Part shown: positions 10,883-24,905 of the stretch, one piece after another | How positions within the stretch are numbered: position 1 is the stretch's first letter | Layout: each line of letters begins with the position of its first letter | Assembly: GCA_963674945.2 (NCBI GenBank) | Contig: CAXXWQ010000004.1 | Location: forward strand, 32,001 to 96,000 | DNA from: an uncultured Desulfosarcina sp. | Lineage (GTDB): Bacteria > Desulfobacterota > Desulfobacteria > Desulfobacterales > Desulfosarcinaceae | Direction: 5' to 3' | DNA length: 64,000 nt | Notes under the pieces: generated by a model | The model's database searches: none | Seen by the model: only the letters and a program-made list of their open reading frames with translations | What the model was told of the DNA's origin: nothing | Position numbers and translations under genes: made by a program

Positions 10883-10908
10883 TATGGGTTGTCCGAAAGG
10901 AGAGAAAC

Positions 10909-13900
10909 ATGGTCGACATAGACGACGGGAAAATTAGGCAGGCCGCTGTGGACTTGGCAAAAAAATGGCAAGACCGGGCAAACCAACTTCTGACGCGTGA
11001 GGAAAAGGCCATTCAGGAGCAGATGCTTAAATTGCTGACCCACCCGGTTGACAAGGTGGTCCTCACGAAGATGATCGACCAGTCTTTTCGGTCTCACGAT
11101 AACGACCGCGTGGCCGACCAGGTCAACCATATCCTTCGGGATTTCGGTGTACCCGGTTTCTTTTCCAGGGTGGAAAAACTTCTCATCCAGATGTTCATGG
11201 GTCTGGGCAGGCACTTTACGGACGTAAGTGTTCCGCAAATGGTCAAACAGATGCGTCAATCCTCATCCCGCGCCATCATTCCCGGTGAAACCGGCCCTTT
11301 GCACAAACACCTGGAAAGACGAAAAAACCAGGGTGTGCGCATGAACATCAACCATCTGGGCGAAGCGGTTCTCGGGGAAGAGGAAGCCCATCACCGGCTG
11401 ACGACCTATATCCAGGATATGGCCGATCCACATGTTGAGTATATCTCGGTCAAAATCTCCACCCTCTACTCTCAAATTTCTTCGCTGGCGTTCGAGCACA
11501 CCGTAGAAATCCTGGTGGACCGTCTTTCCAAACTGTTCGCAAAGGCAAAACAGAACACATTCACCCGGCATGATGGGACCATCGTGCCCAAGGTCGTGCA
11601 CATGGACATGGAGGAGTATCGGGACCTTGCCATTACCTACGAGGCCTTTGTTCGCACCCTGGACAATCAGGCGTTCAAAGATTACTCGGCCGGTATCGTG
11701 CTTCAGGCGTACATCCCGGATTCCTGGCCCATGCAGCAGCGGTTGACCAAATGGGCAAAAAAAAGGGTGGCCGAAGGCGGCGCACCGATCAACCTGCGCA
11801 TCGTCAAGGGCGCCAATATGGAAATGGAGATGATCGAGGCGCACCATTTCAATTGGCCCCTGGCACCCTATGACAACAAGCGCGATGTGGACGCCAACTA
11901 CAAGCGCATGGTTCGGTTTGCCATGCAGCCGGGAAACATCGCCGCCGTACGTCTGGGCGTGGCATCCCACAACCTGTTCGAACTGGCCTACGCCCACGAA
12001 ACAGGCAAGGCCCTTGGTGTAACCGGCCGGTACTGGTTCGAAATGCTGGAAGGCATGGCCGATCATGTGCGAAGGGCCATTTGCGAAATGTCCGGCGACG
12101 TTCTTTTATATGCCCCGGTGGCCACCAAGGAGCAGTTCATCAACGCCATTGCCTATCTCATCCGCAGGCTGGACGAAAATACGGCACCGGAAAATTTTCT
12201 CCGGTATTCCCCGTCGCTGAAAACCGATTCGGAGGCCTGGAGATTTTTACGAGAGCAATTCCTTTTCTCCTGTGATCATATTGACATGGCACCGGCAGGC
12301 CCGAACCGCATCCAAGACAGGACCTCGGAAAACTTTGCCAGGGACATCGGCACCTGCCATACGAAACGATTTACCAACGAGCCGGATACGGACTGGTCCC
12401 TTCCTGCCAATGTCAACTGGGCGGAATCCATACGCGACAAATGGAAATTTACCCAAGGAAACGAACCGGCAATGATTCCCGTTGTGGTGGCGGGAAAGGA
12501 AATCGTTGACCGGGATCAAAGAGAGGTCATCGACGCGGCCCGGTACGATGAGAAAATCAACCAACGTATTGTATTCTCAAAATTTTGCATGGCGACGGAA
12601 CAGGATGTGGACAAAGCGGTGGAAACCGCCCAAGAAGACCCGGACGGCTGGCGTACCAAAAGTCTGGGAGAACGCCACGCGATCCTGGACCGGGTCGCCC
12701 ATGAGTTGCGAAAGGCCAGAGGAGATCTCATCGGCGCGGCTGCGGCAAACACGGGGAAGGTCTTTACCGAAGCGGACCCCGAAGTTACCGAAGCAATCGA
12801 TTTCACTGAATTCTATCCGCATTCTGCCAAAGCATTCGAGAATATGGCCGGCGTCAAAGCATCGCCCAGAGGTGTGGGCCTGGTGGTAACGCCATGGAAT
12901 TTTCCCATCGCCATCCCTTGCGGGGGCATGGTGGCGGCCCTTACTGCGGGAAACACGGTCATCTTCAAGCCGGCTTCCGACGCCGTTGTTACGGCATGGG
13001 AGCTGGTCCAGTGTTTTTATCGGGCCGGGGTTTCCAAAAACGTCTTGCAGTTTTTGCCCTGTTCCGGCGAAGCGGTTGGCTCCAGACTGGTCAACCATCG
13101 CGGAGTGGATTTCGTAATTCTTACCGGCGGAACAGACACGGGCATGAATATGATTAAAAATCGGCCCGATTTGTTTCTTGCCGCAGAAACGGGGGGCAAA
13201 AACGCAACCGTTGTCACGGCCATGTCGGATCGGGAACAGGCCATTAAAAATATCCTTCACTCGGCATTTTCCAATTGCGGTCAGAAATGCAGTGCGACCT
13301 CTTTGGTCATCCTGGAAAAGGAAGTCTACGAAGATGAACTGTTCCGCAAACAACTGATGGACGCCGCCAAGAGCTATAAAGTGGGCTCGTGTTGGGAATT
13401 TCAAAATAAAGTCGGCCCCTTGATCCATCCTCCGGGCAAAGACCTGAAGAGGGCACTCACCACCCTTGAACCCGGTGAAACGTGGCTGCTTACGCCGAAG
13501 CAAGTGGGGTCCAATCCGTACCTTTGGACGCCGGGTATCAAATGGGGGGTCACACCGGATTCATACACGCACATGACCGAATTTTTCGGCCCGCTCATCG
13601 GTGTCATGGAAGCCAAAACCCTGGACCACGCCATCGAACTGGTCAATCAAACCGGATACGGCCTTACCTCGGGGTTGGAGAGCCTGGATCATCGGGAGCA
13701 GGTAAAATGGAAAGAGGCCATCAAGGCCGGAAACCTGTACATCAATCGGGGTACCACCGGCGCAATCGTCCTTCGCCAGCCTTTCGGCGGCATGGGAAAA
13801 TCCGCCCTGGGTGCGGGCATCAAGGCAGGAAGTCCCAATTATGTCTATCAATTTATGAATTTTACGGAGGTGGACTGGCCGAAAGCAGGACCCATCGCCG

Positions 13901-14523
13901 AAGAATCCTTCCTGCTGCGCATTGCGCAAAACTGGGAGATTGATTTGAAGTGGGGTCGCTTTCCCGAAGATATTGCCGGTGACGTATGGAAAACCGTTCG
14001 GGCGGTCAAGAGCTACCTGTATTGGTTCGAACAGGAATTTGGCCGGGAACACGACTACTTCAATCTTCGCGGCCAGGACAACCTGTTCCGATACCTGCCC
14101 AAAGGAAGGGTCGTCATTCGGCTAACGCCCGAAGATACCCTGTTTGAAACCCTGGGCCGCATCGCAGGGGCCATTACCACCCGATGCATCCCCATGCTCA
14201 GCATCCCACCGGGCCTTATTAATCCGGTGACCGCGTTTCTGGATACCCGACGAGGGAGAAAGTTTTGCAAGGATGTGGCCATCGCCCGACAGACCGACGA
14301 GGAATTGTGCGAATTCATACCCAAAGTGCAGCGGATCCGGTATGCCGGGGCCGACCGCGTTCCCATGATGGTGTTTTCCGAAGCCGCCAAAACCGGTTTT
14401 TATATCGCGCGCACACCGGTCAGCATGGAAGGCCGAATCGAACTGCTCCAATATATCCAGGAGCAGTCAATCAGCATCAATTACCACCGCTACGGCAACC
14501 TGGCCGACCGTGCGGTGGAGTAA
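10909..14523 (+). CDS. putA: Bifunctional proline dehydrogenase / P5C dehydrogenase
   Basis: PRODH motifs (NHLGE, DMEEYR, RIVKGAN, AYLIRRLDEN) and ALDH motifs (PWNFPIAI, AETGGKN, GQKCSA, EFFGP, QPFGG); AAGGAG RBS before ATG 10909. Confidence 0.95.
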   Translation: MVDIDDGKIRQAAVDLAKKWQDRANQLLTREEKAIQEQMLKLLTHPVDKVVLTKMIDQSFRSHDNDRVADQVNHILRDFGVPGFFSRVEKLLIQMFMGLGRHFTDVSVPQMVKQMRQSSSRAIIPGETGPLHKHLERRKNQGVRMNINHLGEAVLGEEEAHHRLTTYIQDMADPHVEYISVKISTLYSQISSLAFEHTVEILVDRLSKLFAKAKQNTFTRHDGTIVPKVVHMDMEEYRDLAITYEAFVRTLDNQAFKDYSAGIVLQAYIPDSWPMQQRLTKWAKKRVAEGGAPINLRIVKGANMEMEMIEAHHFNWPLAPYDNKRDVDANYKRMVRFAMQPGNIAAVRLGVASHNLFELAYAHETGKALGVTGRYWFEMLEGMADHVRRAICEMSGDVLLYAPVATKEQFINAIAYLIRRLDENTAPENFLRYSPSLKTDSEAWRFLREQFLFSCDHIDMAPAGPNRIQDRTSENFARDIGTCHTKRFTNEPDTDWSLPANVNWAESIRDKWKFTQGNEPAMIPVVVAGKEIVDRDQREVIDAARYDEKINQRIVFSKFCMATEQDVDKAVETAQEDPDGWRTKSLGERHAILDRVAHELRKARGDLIGAAAANTGKVFTEADPEVTEAIDFTEFYPHSAKAFENMAGVKASPRGVGLVVTPWNFPIAIPCGGMVAALTAGNTVIFKPASDAVVTAWELVQCFYRAGVSKNVLQFLPCSGEAVGSRLVNHRGVDFVILTGGTDTGMNMIKNRPDLFLAAETGGKNATVVTAMSDREQAIKNILHSAFSNCGQKCSATSLVILEKEVYEDELFRKQLMDAAKSYKVGSCWEFQNKVGPLIHPPGKDLKRALTTLEPGETWLLTPKQVGSNPYLWTPGIKWGVTPDSYTHMTEFFGPLIGVMEAKTLDHAIELVNQTGYGLTSGLESLDHREQVKWKEAIKAGNLYINRGTTGAIVLRQPFGGMGKSALGAGIKAGSPNYVYQFMNFTEVDWPKAGPIAEESFLLRIAQNWEIDLKWGRFPEDIAGDVWKTVRAVKSYLYWFEQEFGREHDYFNLRGQDNLFRYLPKGRVVIRLTPEDTLFETLGRIAGAITTRCIPMLSIPPGLINPVTAFLDTRRGRKFCKDVAIARQTDEELCEFIPKVQRIRYAGADRVPMMVFSEAAKTGFYIARTPVSMEGRIELLQYIQEQSISINYHRYGNLADRAVE

Positions 14524-14588
14524 TGCAGACCAATCAACATTACGCTAACAACCTGTAATCAAATATCAATATTGGATTTTGTATTCGT

Positions 14589-15494
14589 TTGGGATTTGAT
14601 TGCTGTAATTTAAGTTTGAATGCAATTCGGGATTTGAATTTGAGGGGATACCTGTTCATCATGGCAGCCGCGGTCTTGTGGGGCATCATCGGACCATTTT
14701 CACGTTTGGCGTTTTCCGAAGGCCTCGGTCCCATGGAAGTCGCCTTCTGGCGTGCGTCCCTGGCATGGATTTTTTTCGGAATCCATGCCGTGCTGACCAA
14801 AAGCTTCAGAATTTCCGTGAGAGATATGCCGGTGGTCGTGCTCTTTGCTCTGACGGGAATCACGCTCTTCTATAGTGTTTATCAGCTTGCCATCCGCACC
14901 GGCGGTGCCGCCATGGCATCGGTCCTGCTCTATACCGCACCTGCATGGGTGGTGGTTATCGCCCGTTTTACGTTCAAGGAAATGCTCACCCCAATAAAAT
15001 TAACGGCTCTGATACTGACATTGGCCGGCGTAGTCTGTGTGGCGAGCGGTGGTGGCAGCATTACCGTATCAGGCATGGCCGTATTTTACGGTCTGGCTTC
15101 GGGATTGAGCTATTCGTTGTACTTTATTTTCGGCAAATATTTTTCGAGCAGATATTCATCACCGAATCTTTTTTTCTATCTTCTGCCCATCGGTGCAATG
15201 ACACTGCTCCCCTGGGTCGAATTCAGCCCCAAAAGCCCTACGGCCTGGACGGCGTTGATTTGTATTGCCATTTTGTCTACCTATGGCGGCTATTTCCTGT
15301 ACTATATCGGTCTCAAGCACCTTGAGGCCTCCAAGGCGGCGATCATCGCCACCATCGAACCTGTCATAGCCTCGGTTGTCGCTTTCTTCTGGTGGCATGA
15401 ATCCTTCGGCCTGCTGGGGTATGTGGGCAGCGCAGCAGTACTCACTGCCGTTATCATAATGGTTCAAGAGAGCCGCCGCATCAACTCCCGATAA
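14589..15494 (+). CDS. DMT/EamA-family transporter (start uncertain)
   Basis: AAVLWGIIG, ASVLLYTAP, ATIEPVIA; about 10 TM segments. Confidence 0.85.
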   Translation: MGFDCCNLSLNAIRDLNLRGYLFIMAAAVLWGIIGPFSRLAFSEGLGPMEVAFWRASLAWIFFGIHAVLTKSFRISVRDMPVVVLFALTGITLFYSVYQLAIRTGGAAMASVLLYTAPAWVVVIARFTFKEMLTPIKLTALILTLAGVVCVASGGGSITVSGMAVFYGLASGLSYSLYFIFGKYFSSRYSSPNLFFYLLPIGAMTLLPWVEFSPKSPTAWTALICIAILSTYGGYFLYYIGLKHLEASKAAIIATIEPVIASVVAFFWWHESFGLLGYVGSAAVLTAVIIMVQESRRINSR

Positions 15495-16506
15495 AATAAA
15501 CGGAATATCTGCCGGCCATCTTTTTAAAGAATTGGATGATGACCAGGCTTAGTACGACCGCCGCCGTCCAACTCATAACGGTGGACAGGAAAAGATAGCT
15601 CACCGAATAAGCGGCAAGGGAGGCTTGAGCAGATTTTACAATTGGAAAATGAACAAGATAGATGCCAAATGTATTGTCGCTGAAATATCTGACGACGGCC
15701 GTAGACTTGGAAATCTTGATGCCGACACAAAAAAACAGACAGATCTTCAGGTAGATCGTTGTTTGGTCGATTACGGGAAATTCTCTCAAACCTTCGCCAA
15801 ATACATTCGAACAAAGATGAAATATAACAATGAAAGAAGCTGAGATGAAGATTGCCAAGATCGCGTTCGCATCCACAAACGTGCAGATATTCTTATAATA
15901 GAGCGAAATCATCCAGCCGGTCATATACGGAAAAAACCAATAGAAGGGGTGCCTCATGAGAAAACCAAATATGTTGTCGGGAATAATGTAGTTGAGCCCC
16001 AAGCTTGGAATATATATCCTCTCAACGAAAAGCCACAAACACAATAATGAAATCAACCATACTGCCCAGACCCATTTGACGGGAAGTTTTCTGAAGACCA
16101 GCGAAAATGCATAAAGGTAAAAAAGAACAAAAATGAAATAATATATGCCGATTGTATTGCCCGCCACCAAATTGAGGGCGAACTGCTTCATTGACAACTG
16201 CCCGAGCGGTATACTCGTTTTCGGCAGATCGAGGAACTGAATACAAACGGAGCAGAAAAGATAAGGCGGCAGGATACGCCATAGCTTCTTCTTGATGATT
16301 TGCCATGTTGTCCGGTTTCCTTTATCAAAAAGAAACCCTGATGTGAAAAACAGAGCGGGCACCGCGAATCTTCCCATATCCCTGGCCAGGGATATGTACC
16401 AGACCTTCGATGGCGCAAACGATGTCGTAACGGCATGTGCGTAAACGACGAGCAAAATGGATATGCACTTTAACAAATCAATTTCATGATAACGGTGTTT
16501 TGGCAT
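15481..16506 (-). CDS. Acyltransferase family 3 (OafA-like) membrane protein
   Basis: RYHEIDLLKCISILLVVYAH, FAVPALFFTSG, TFGIYLVH. Confidence 0.85.
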   Translation of the reverse strand: MPKHRYHEIDLLKCISILLVVYAHAVTTSFAPSKVWYISLARDMGRFAVPALFFTSGFLFDKGNRTTWQIIKKKLWRILPPYLFCSVCIQFLDLPKTSIPLGQLSMKQFALNLVAGNTIGIYYFIFVLFYLYAFSLVFRKLPVKWVWAVWLISLLCLWLFVERIYIPSLGLNYIIPDNIFGFLMRHPFYWFFPYMTGWMISLYYKNICTFVDANAILAIFISASFIVIFHLCSNVFGEGLREFPVIDQTTIYLKICLFFCVGIKISKSTAVVRYFSDNTFGIYLVHFPIVKSAQASLAAYSVSYLFLSTVMSWTAAVVLSLVIIQFFKKMAGRYSVYFIGS

Positions 16507-16938
16507 CGATTATGTTCGTCCTTTACCTGTCATCACTTCAATTGGGTGTTGCTTTTTGTAAAGCGTACTCTTTTATCAAAGCAATCCATCTTTCAAAATT
16601 TTTCACTCATTTGAAGCGGTAGCCGCCTTATGGGTAAAAAGGGGTTGCGAGACCAAACACGTAACAAGAAAAAACGGCTGTTTTATTTGACACAATACCC
16701 GAAAATCTCTCTAAAGTCATTAAGATCCATGAGAATCGGATTCAACGGCAATTGGGAAAGCCGGTTCGTGGAAAGAAGGAAAAAAGTTGGACGTGTTGTT
16801 ATTTTGTGTTGAAAGGACCAGTTATACAATGCCGTCCGTTATGATGCGGAGGGGACAGAAGCTGGGCGCGGCGGATGAACACATTCTTCCGTTGTTTCAG
16901 GGCCTGTCGAATTGCGATGCGAAAGACGGTGGGAGGGC

Positions 16939-16984
16939 AAAATAAAGCGGCTTCTTGCACGCGTTGGGCGCGCCAGAAGCCGCT
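16939..16984 (-). terminator. Rho-independent terminator of 17052-18344
   Basis: 10-bp stem AGCGGCTTCT/AGAAGCCGCT followed on the minus strand by TTATTTT. Confidence 0.6.
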
Positions 16985-17051
16985 GGCGTGTATCCTGTGA
17001 TTTTGGATCCACCGCATCACCCCGTTTTCCGGTGTGGTGCGATTTACACCG

Positions 17052-18344
17052 TTAGTCGGTAGGCCATGGCACTGCGTCTGGATCTGTGGGTGCCTTGTAC
17101 TGCTCCAACATGGCCTCACCCCAGACACGCTTTCCTTCAAGGGTTCCGACGACATCGGCACCGCCCTCCCAAAGACCGTTGATGGCGATGGTCGCTTTAT
17201 ACACCTCCTGGTCTTCGGCCCGGGCCGTGATGACGAGATCCGCACCGCGCGAAGGAGCGGTCAGACGTACCTTGGTGGCAAACTCAATCCCGGTGCGAGG
17301 CGAAGTCCAGAATTCCAATGGCTCCAACGTCCAGTCCTCTTGTTCTGTGAGAGTGAAGTCTGCGCAATAAGGTGGCGGTCCCACTTCACTCCAGTAGTGT
17401 TGCGGGTGGCCGCTGATGTTGTAGAAGTTATCCCACGCATTAATGGTCGTTGTCGTTAGATTGCACGGAATCTTTCTGCCGCGTTTGTCGAGACAGCCCT
17501 TGATCTGGATGGCCGTCCAGTGCCAACGCTGGTTATGCAGCAGTGCCGGTTTGTCAAAAAGCCATTCACGATCGTCCCATGCGCTGCCATATACATCGTA
17601 TGTGGTACCTTTGTATGTCACCGTTCCCCACGAGGCGAGATAGGAGCGCGCCCAGTAGTACTTCAGGACATCATCGTAGCCGTCAATGCCGGGATAGTTC
17701 GGCCGTTTGAGCGACTCTTCCTGGGTGTGAATTTCGATCTGCCCATCCGTCGAAACGAAGTCGGTGGACATATTCGTTCCGCCGGCACCCACGGTTTTGC
17801 CGATGAACGGAAGGTTCGGCGCGTAAAAAAATTCTCTGCCACCATCAACAATCTCGACAATGTATGGTGATTGTTCTTCGGATCCGCCCAAACCGAGATC
17901 GTAACAATTTTCGCACGGGCTAAACTCTCCGGGAGCGGCGTAAAAGTAATGGAGATAGTCGTTATCCGGCCCCAGGATTGAAACCCACAGCATTTTATTC
18001 CAACCCCCGCCATCTTCCTGAATGGCGGCATATGTCTGGAATCCGTCGATCCGAACCGGTTTGCACCGGCCCTTTCCTTTGCCGAGAGGAATGGCCGTCC
18101 AGTGCCACACTTTGTAGGTCGATTCCTGGCCGTTCCCGCGTGAATTCAAGTTCACCTTGTCGGGGTCGCCGGTCCACTGACCGGGATAGTGGTAGGCATC
18201 GTCGGTGGGCAACGAGATATTTGCCGACTCTGGGTTGCGATTGAATATGCACATATTGAATTCATCCGAGGCATATCCTGACACCGCCAACAAGATGCTC
18301 ACTGCCACCAAGGACACGATCCTGCTGTAATGCTTACTTCCCAT
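17052..18344 (-). CDS. Secreted AttH/CrtC-like (lipocalin-like) protein
   Basis: Signal peptide; AWDDREW, WHWTAIQ, FWTSPRTG, DQEV, LWEG and terminal G-x-A-M-L-E resemble the AttH/CrtC family; AGGAGG RBS. Confidence 0.65.
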   Translation of the reverse strand: MGSKHYSRIVSLVAVSILLAVSGYASDEFNMCIFNRNPESANISLPTDDAYHYPGQWTGDPDKVNLNSRGNGQESTYKVWHWTAIPLGKGKGRCKPVRIDGFQTYAAIQEDGGGWNKMLWVSILGPDNDYLHYFYAAPGEFSPCENCYDLGLGGSEEQSPYIVEIVDGGREFFYAPNLPFIGKTVGAGGTNMSTDFVSTDGQIEIHTQEESLKRPNYPGIDGYDDVLKYYWARSYLASWGTVTYKGTTYDVYGSAWDDREWLFDKPALLHNQRWHWTAIQIKGCLDKRGRKIPCNLTTTTINAWDNFYNISGHPQHYWSEVGPPPYCADFTLTEQEDWTLEPLEFWTSPRTGIEFATKVRLTAPSRGADLVITARAEDQEVYKATIAINGLWEGGADVVGTLEGKRVWGEAMLEQYKAPTDPDAVPWPTD

Positions 18345-19092
18345 AATATCCTCCTTTATATGAAAGTAATAAAAACCAGACCACGAGTTGCTGCTTGGAA
18401 TCTGGGCTGGCTGGTATCACAAAGTTATGTTTTGCAGATTTCGTTCTTTTTCCACTGCAAGGCTGTTAACGTCTGTACGGATTTTTCGAACATCCAGACT
18501 ATGTATCGGGCCATATTACAACAAAAAAGTACTTTCGCGACAGTACGAACCCGCATCTCAGTTTGAAATCCTCATACTTTCACATAAAAGAACACGAGCA
18601 TTCGGCCAAATCAAAAATAACCAAATTATCTCACTACTCTTGAAACACTAGCGTATTTTTTAAGAATTCTTAAATCAGATAGGTTTAAGTGTCAATATTA
18701 AAAAAGCGCAATTCTATGAGAGGACAATGCTTATGAGCAAATCCTTATTCTGTATAACCAATTGTTAATTAAGTGTATTTTTAGAAAAAAACAATTACCA
18801 AATCATCTCACTGTTAGAAAGAGAAAAAAATAACAAAGTTATGAGATTTTTGGATGGAGTATGAGCATCTCGATATATAACAGACTCGTTATAATCGTAA
18901 CATATTTGAATTGTAATAGAAAACTGCCTGAGATTTTACCCGCAACCTTTCTATTTCTCAAAAAAATCTTGTTGGTTCCACGATCAACCATCGCACTATC
19001 ACATGAGTCACGAACGGGTATCACCACATAAACATGTTCGCCTGCAATCCCTCGGTCCGCACCCGATCCTCCAGGGATTCAGCATGTACGAC

Positions 19093-22317
<3,225 letters not shown>

Positions 22318-22725
22318 TTTCCCTCCTGGTAAGGTCGTTGGCGACGATGGTCTCTATGCTGTAGGATGTCACTGAAAGATAAATTTTGTTAGATAAATTA
22401 AGTTAAAATGAAAAACAAGCCCAAAATTTAAATCCACCTGCATAACAGATGAAACCTGTCATGTATCTGGAAGATGAATCGTTCATACAATCCAATTCCT
22501 GGAGACGCTTTTTTTTCAATTCAATTCTGTTCATTCTTGACGTGAAGATCTGCCCGATCGTGACGAACCGGCTATCCTCCATGACCTGCGCCCCACATTC
22601 CATGTGTGGAAGCCTTGCGCAAAGTTTTTTTCTACGCTATTCATTTTATCATATCATCGATTGGAAAGGCGACCCCTTCGTACTTTGATGTTACAATCAA
22701 CGTACGGTGAGCAGACGAATACCCC

Positions 22726-23553
22726 ATGGGGGCAACAAACCTTTCCCAAAAGCAAAACCGGACAGAAAAAATGAAGGCCCAACTCCGATTATCTGCATTG
22801 AAGTCATGGTTTAACGATTATGTCAGCCACTTTATTTCCGAAGATCCGGTCGTTCAGGAAAATTTCGATCTGAAGGCGGAGCACACCCGCAGGGTTTGTG
22901 AGATCACAAGAGACATCGGGAACAGTCTGAACTTATCCGCTGAAGATATCTGCCTGGCCGAGATGAATGCCCTGTTACACGACATCGGCCGTTTTGAGCA
23001 ATACCGTCAATACCGGACTTTTTTTGATTACCGCTCTGAAAATCATGCATCCCTTGGCGTAAAAATCCTCCGGGACGAACGCCCTTTGGAGAAAATTGCA
23101 CCAGACCTCGCCGAAATGATTCTGAAGGTAGTGGGATACCATAATCGGGTGGATCTTCCATCGGGAGAAGATGAGCGCTGCCTCTTCTTCCTCAAGCTTC
23201 TCAGAGATGCGGACAAGGTTGATATCTGGCATGTCGTCACGGAATATTACCAGAAATCCGACAAAAACCGTAACCCGGGCATTGAGCTTGATCTGCCCGA
23301 TGAGGACCGTATCTCGGATTCGGTCCATGACGCTTTGATGAACGGGAAATTGGTCCGGTCCTCCGAGCTTACTACCTTAAATGATTTTAAATTACTACAG
23401 CTCGGATGGATCTATGATCTGAATTTTCCCCGGACATTTCAGATCGTCCGGGAGCGAAGGTACCTGGAAAAAATCCGAAAGGCCCTCCCCCGAAACGCCC
23501 GACGTGTGTCGGAGGTCTATGACCGGGTCAGTAAATACCTGACGGCTTCGTAA
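22726..23553 (+). CDS. HD-domain metal-dependent phosphohydrolase
   Basis: HTRRV, LLHDIGRFEQ, NHA, YHN, RDADK; start may be ATG 22771. Confidence 0.85.
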   Translation: MGATNLSQKQNRTEKMKAQLRLSALKSWFNDYVSHFISEDPVVQENFDLKAEHTRRVCEITRDIGNSLNLSAEDICLAEMNALLHDIGRFEQYRQYRTFFDYRSENHASLGVKILRDERPLEKIAPDLAEMILKVVGYHNRVDLPSGEDERCLFFLKLLRDADKVDIWHVVTEYYQKSDKNRNPGIELDLPDEDRISDSVHDALMNGKLVRSSELTTLNDFKLLQLGWIYDLNFPRTFQIVRERRYLEKIRKALPRNARRVSEVYDRVSKYLTAS

Positions 23554-23663
23554 AAAGTCTGATATCCGCGTTACGCTTCTCCCTCGTCACTGCGGCGTGC
23601 TCTATGTACGCCTCATTCCTCGAAACTCGCAAGCCTCGATCTCGAACTTTTTACGAAGCCGTC
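23541..23663. repeat. 123-bp MITE-like element with perfect 18-bp terminal inverted repeats
   Basis: GACGGCTTCGTAAAAAGT (23541-23558) and ACTTTTTACGAAGCCGTC (23646-23663). Confidence 0.8.
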
Positions 23664-23682
23664 CCACCCATCTGACGGTTTT

Positions 23683-24903
23683 TCAGTAGGATCCTTTTTG
23701 CGTCAATATCTCTAAAAAGGCATCTACTTTGTTGTTGATATCCGATTCAGAGTACAGTCTCTGGTCGCAACTGTCGCCTTCGAGAACGGTCGCCGGTATC
23801 CCCCTCTTTTTCTTGACAGCGCGTATCATGTCTTCTTGCCCCATATTGGACGCATGGCAAAATCGCGTTCTTTGCATCAGCATTCCATCCAGCGCGTATT
23901 CCTCTGCAAGTCCGTTCAACCATTCTGTTTTCCACCGCAGGCTTCGGTTTCCCGGAATAAAGAACATACTCTCGACAATGGTTTCCAGGGGTCTTTCGGG
24001 ATCCAGTTCCGGATATCCACGGTTGAAGAAAGCCCCGGAAATCACCGGAACCACCCCCTCGGCGGCAAGCCGATCGGCCACCGCCGCAAAAGGAGCATTG
24101 TCCCAGTACAGTCGGTATTTTTCTTCGGCGATCGCTCCAATTTTACGATCTATCCTGTCGCTGAGTTCATCCTTCAACGCCTGATAATAGGCCGCGGATT
24201 CGTGAGATCCTCTGTCCAGATAGAAAGGATAAATTTGTGAGATTCCATCGAAGGCGGACATGGGAGTGGGAATGTTCCGGCACATCTCCACTGCATCCCG
24301 CCAGAGTTGTGAGACCTTTTTTTCGAGAGCGATGTTTTCCTGGAGTCGTTCATAGTTGAAGGGCCTTCCGGTGAATTTCTCCAGAAAAACAATTATTTCT
24401 TGCAGTTCTTCAACACCCCCCTGAACCAGATATCCGATCTCGTCACCTTCGAGTTCGTCGTGGTATCGCGGTTTCTCCATGACCAGCATGGGGGCATCGT
24501 AATAGCGGCTCATCCGGTCGTATGCATTCACGATGGAAGGACAAGAAGGCATAGTAAAGACAATATCCGGTTTGGGCAGGCCGCCCATGGGAAGCCCATC
24601 GGGAACGGAATCTCCAAAGACGATCCCCAGTGAGCCTTTGAGCGTGGAACAAAGGTCCAAGGAATAACCACAGGATTCAGCCTGTTTGCATAACTCCGTG
24701 CCAAAGCCCATGCCGCCACACACGGCCCCATATGATTCGACAAAAAAGGTTTCCATGTCCATGGCTTTGAAGATTGCGGAAGGCGCCAGCGAGGAACACC
24801 AGACAACCGGTTTTCCTTCCTTGCGCTCCTCAAGGACACGCTGAATATAGTTGATCATAAACTCAGGCAGTTTCGCATTCATCTGTAGTGCTTGCGTTGT
24901 CAT
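23683..24903 (-). CDS. 2-hydroxyacyl-CoA dehydratase / class I benzoyl-CoA reductase-like subunit (HgdA/BcrB/BzdO-like)
   Basis: GYSLDLCS, GGLPKPD, EKYRLYWD, FCH, LEGDSCDQR. Confidence 0.8.
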   Translation of the reverse strand: MTTQALQMNAKLPEFMINYIQRVLEERKEGKPVVWCSSLAPSAIFKAMDMETFFVESYGAVCGGMGFGTELCKQAESCGYSLDLCSTLKGSLGIVFGDSVPDGLPMGGLPKPDIVFTMPSCPSIVNAYDRMSRYYDAPMLVMEKPRYHDELEGDEIGYLVQGGVEELQEIIVFLEKFTGRPFNYERLQENIALEKKVSQLWRDAVEMCRNIPTPMSAFDGISQIYPFYLDRGSHESAAYYQALKDELSDRIDRKIGAIAEEKYRLYWDNAPFAAVADRLAAEGVVPVISGAFFNRGYPELDPERPLETIVESMFFIPGNRSLRWKTEWLNGLAEEYALDGMLMQRTRFCHASNMGQEDMIRAVKKKRGIPATVLEGDSCDQRLYSESDINNKVDAFLEILTQKGSY

Positions 24904-24905
24904 TC

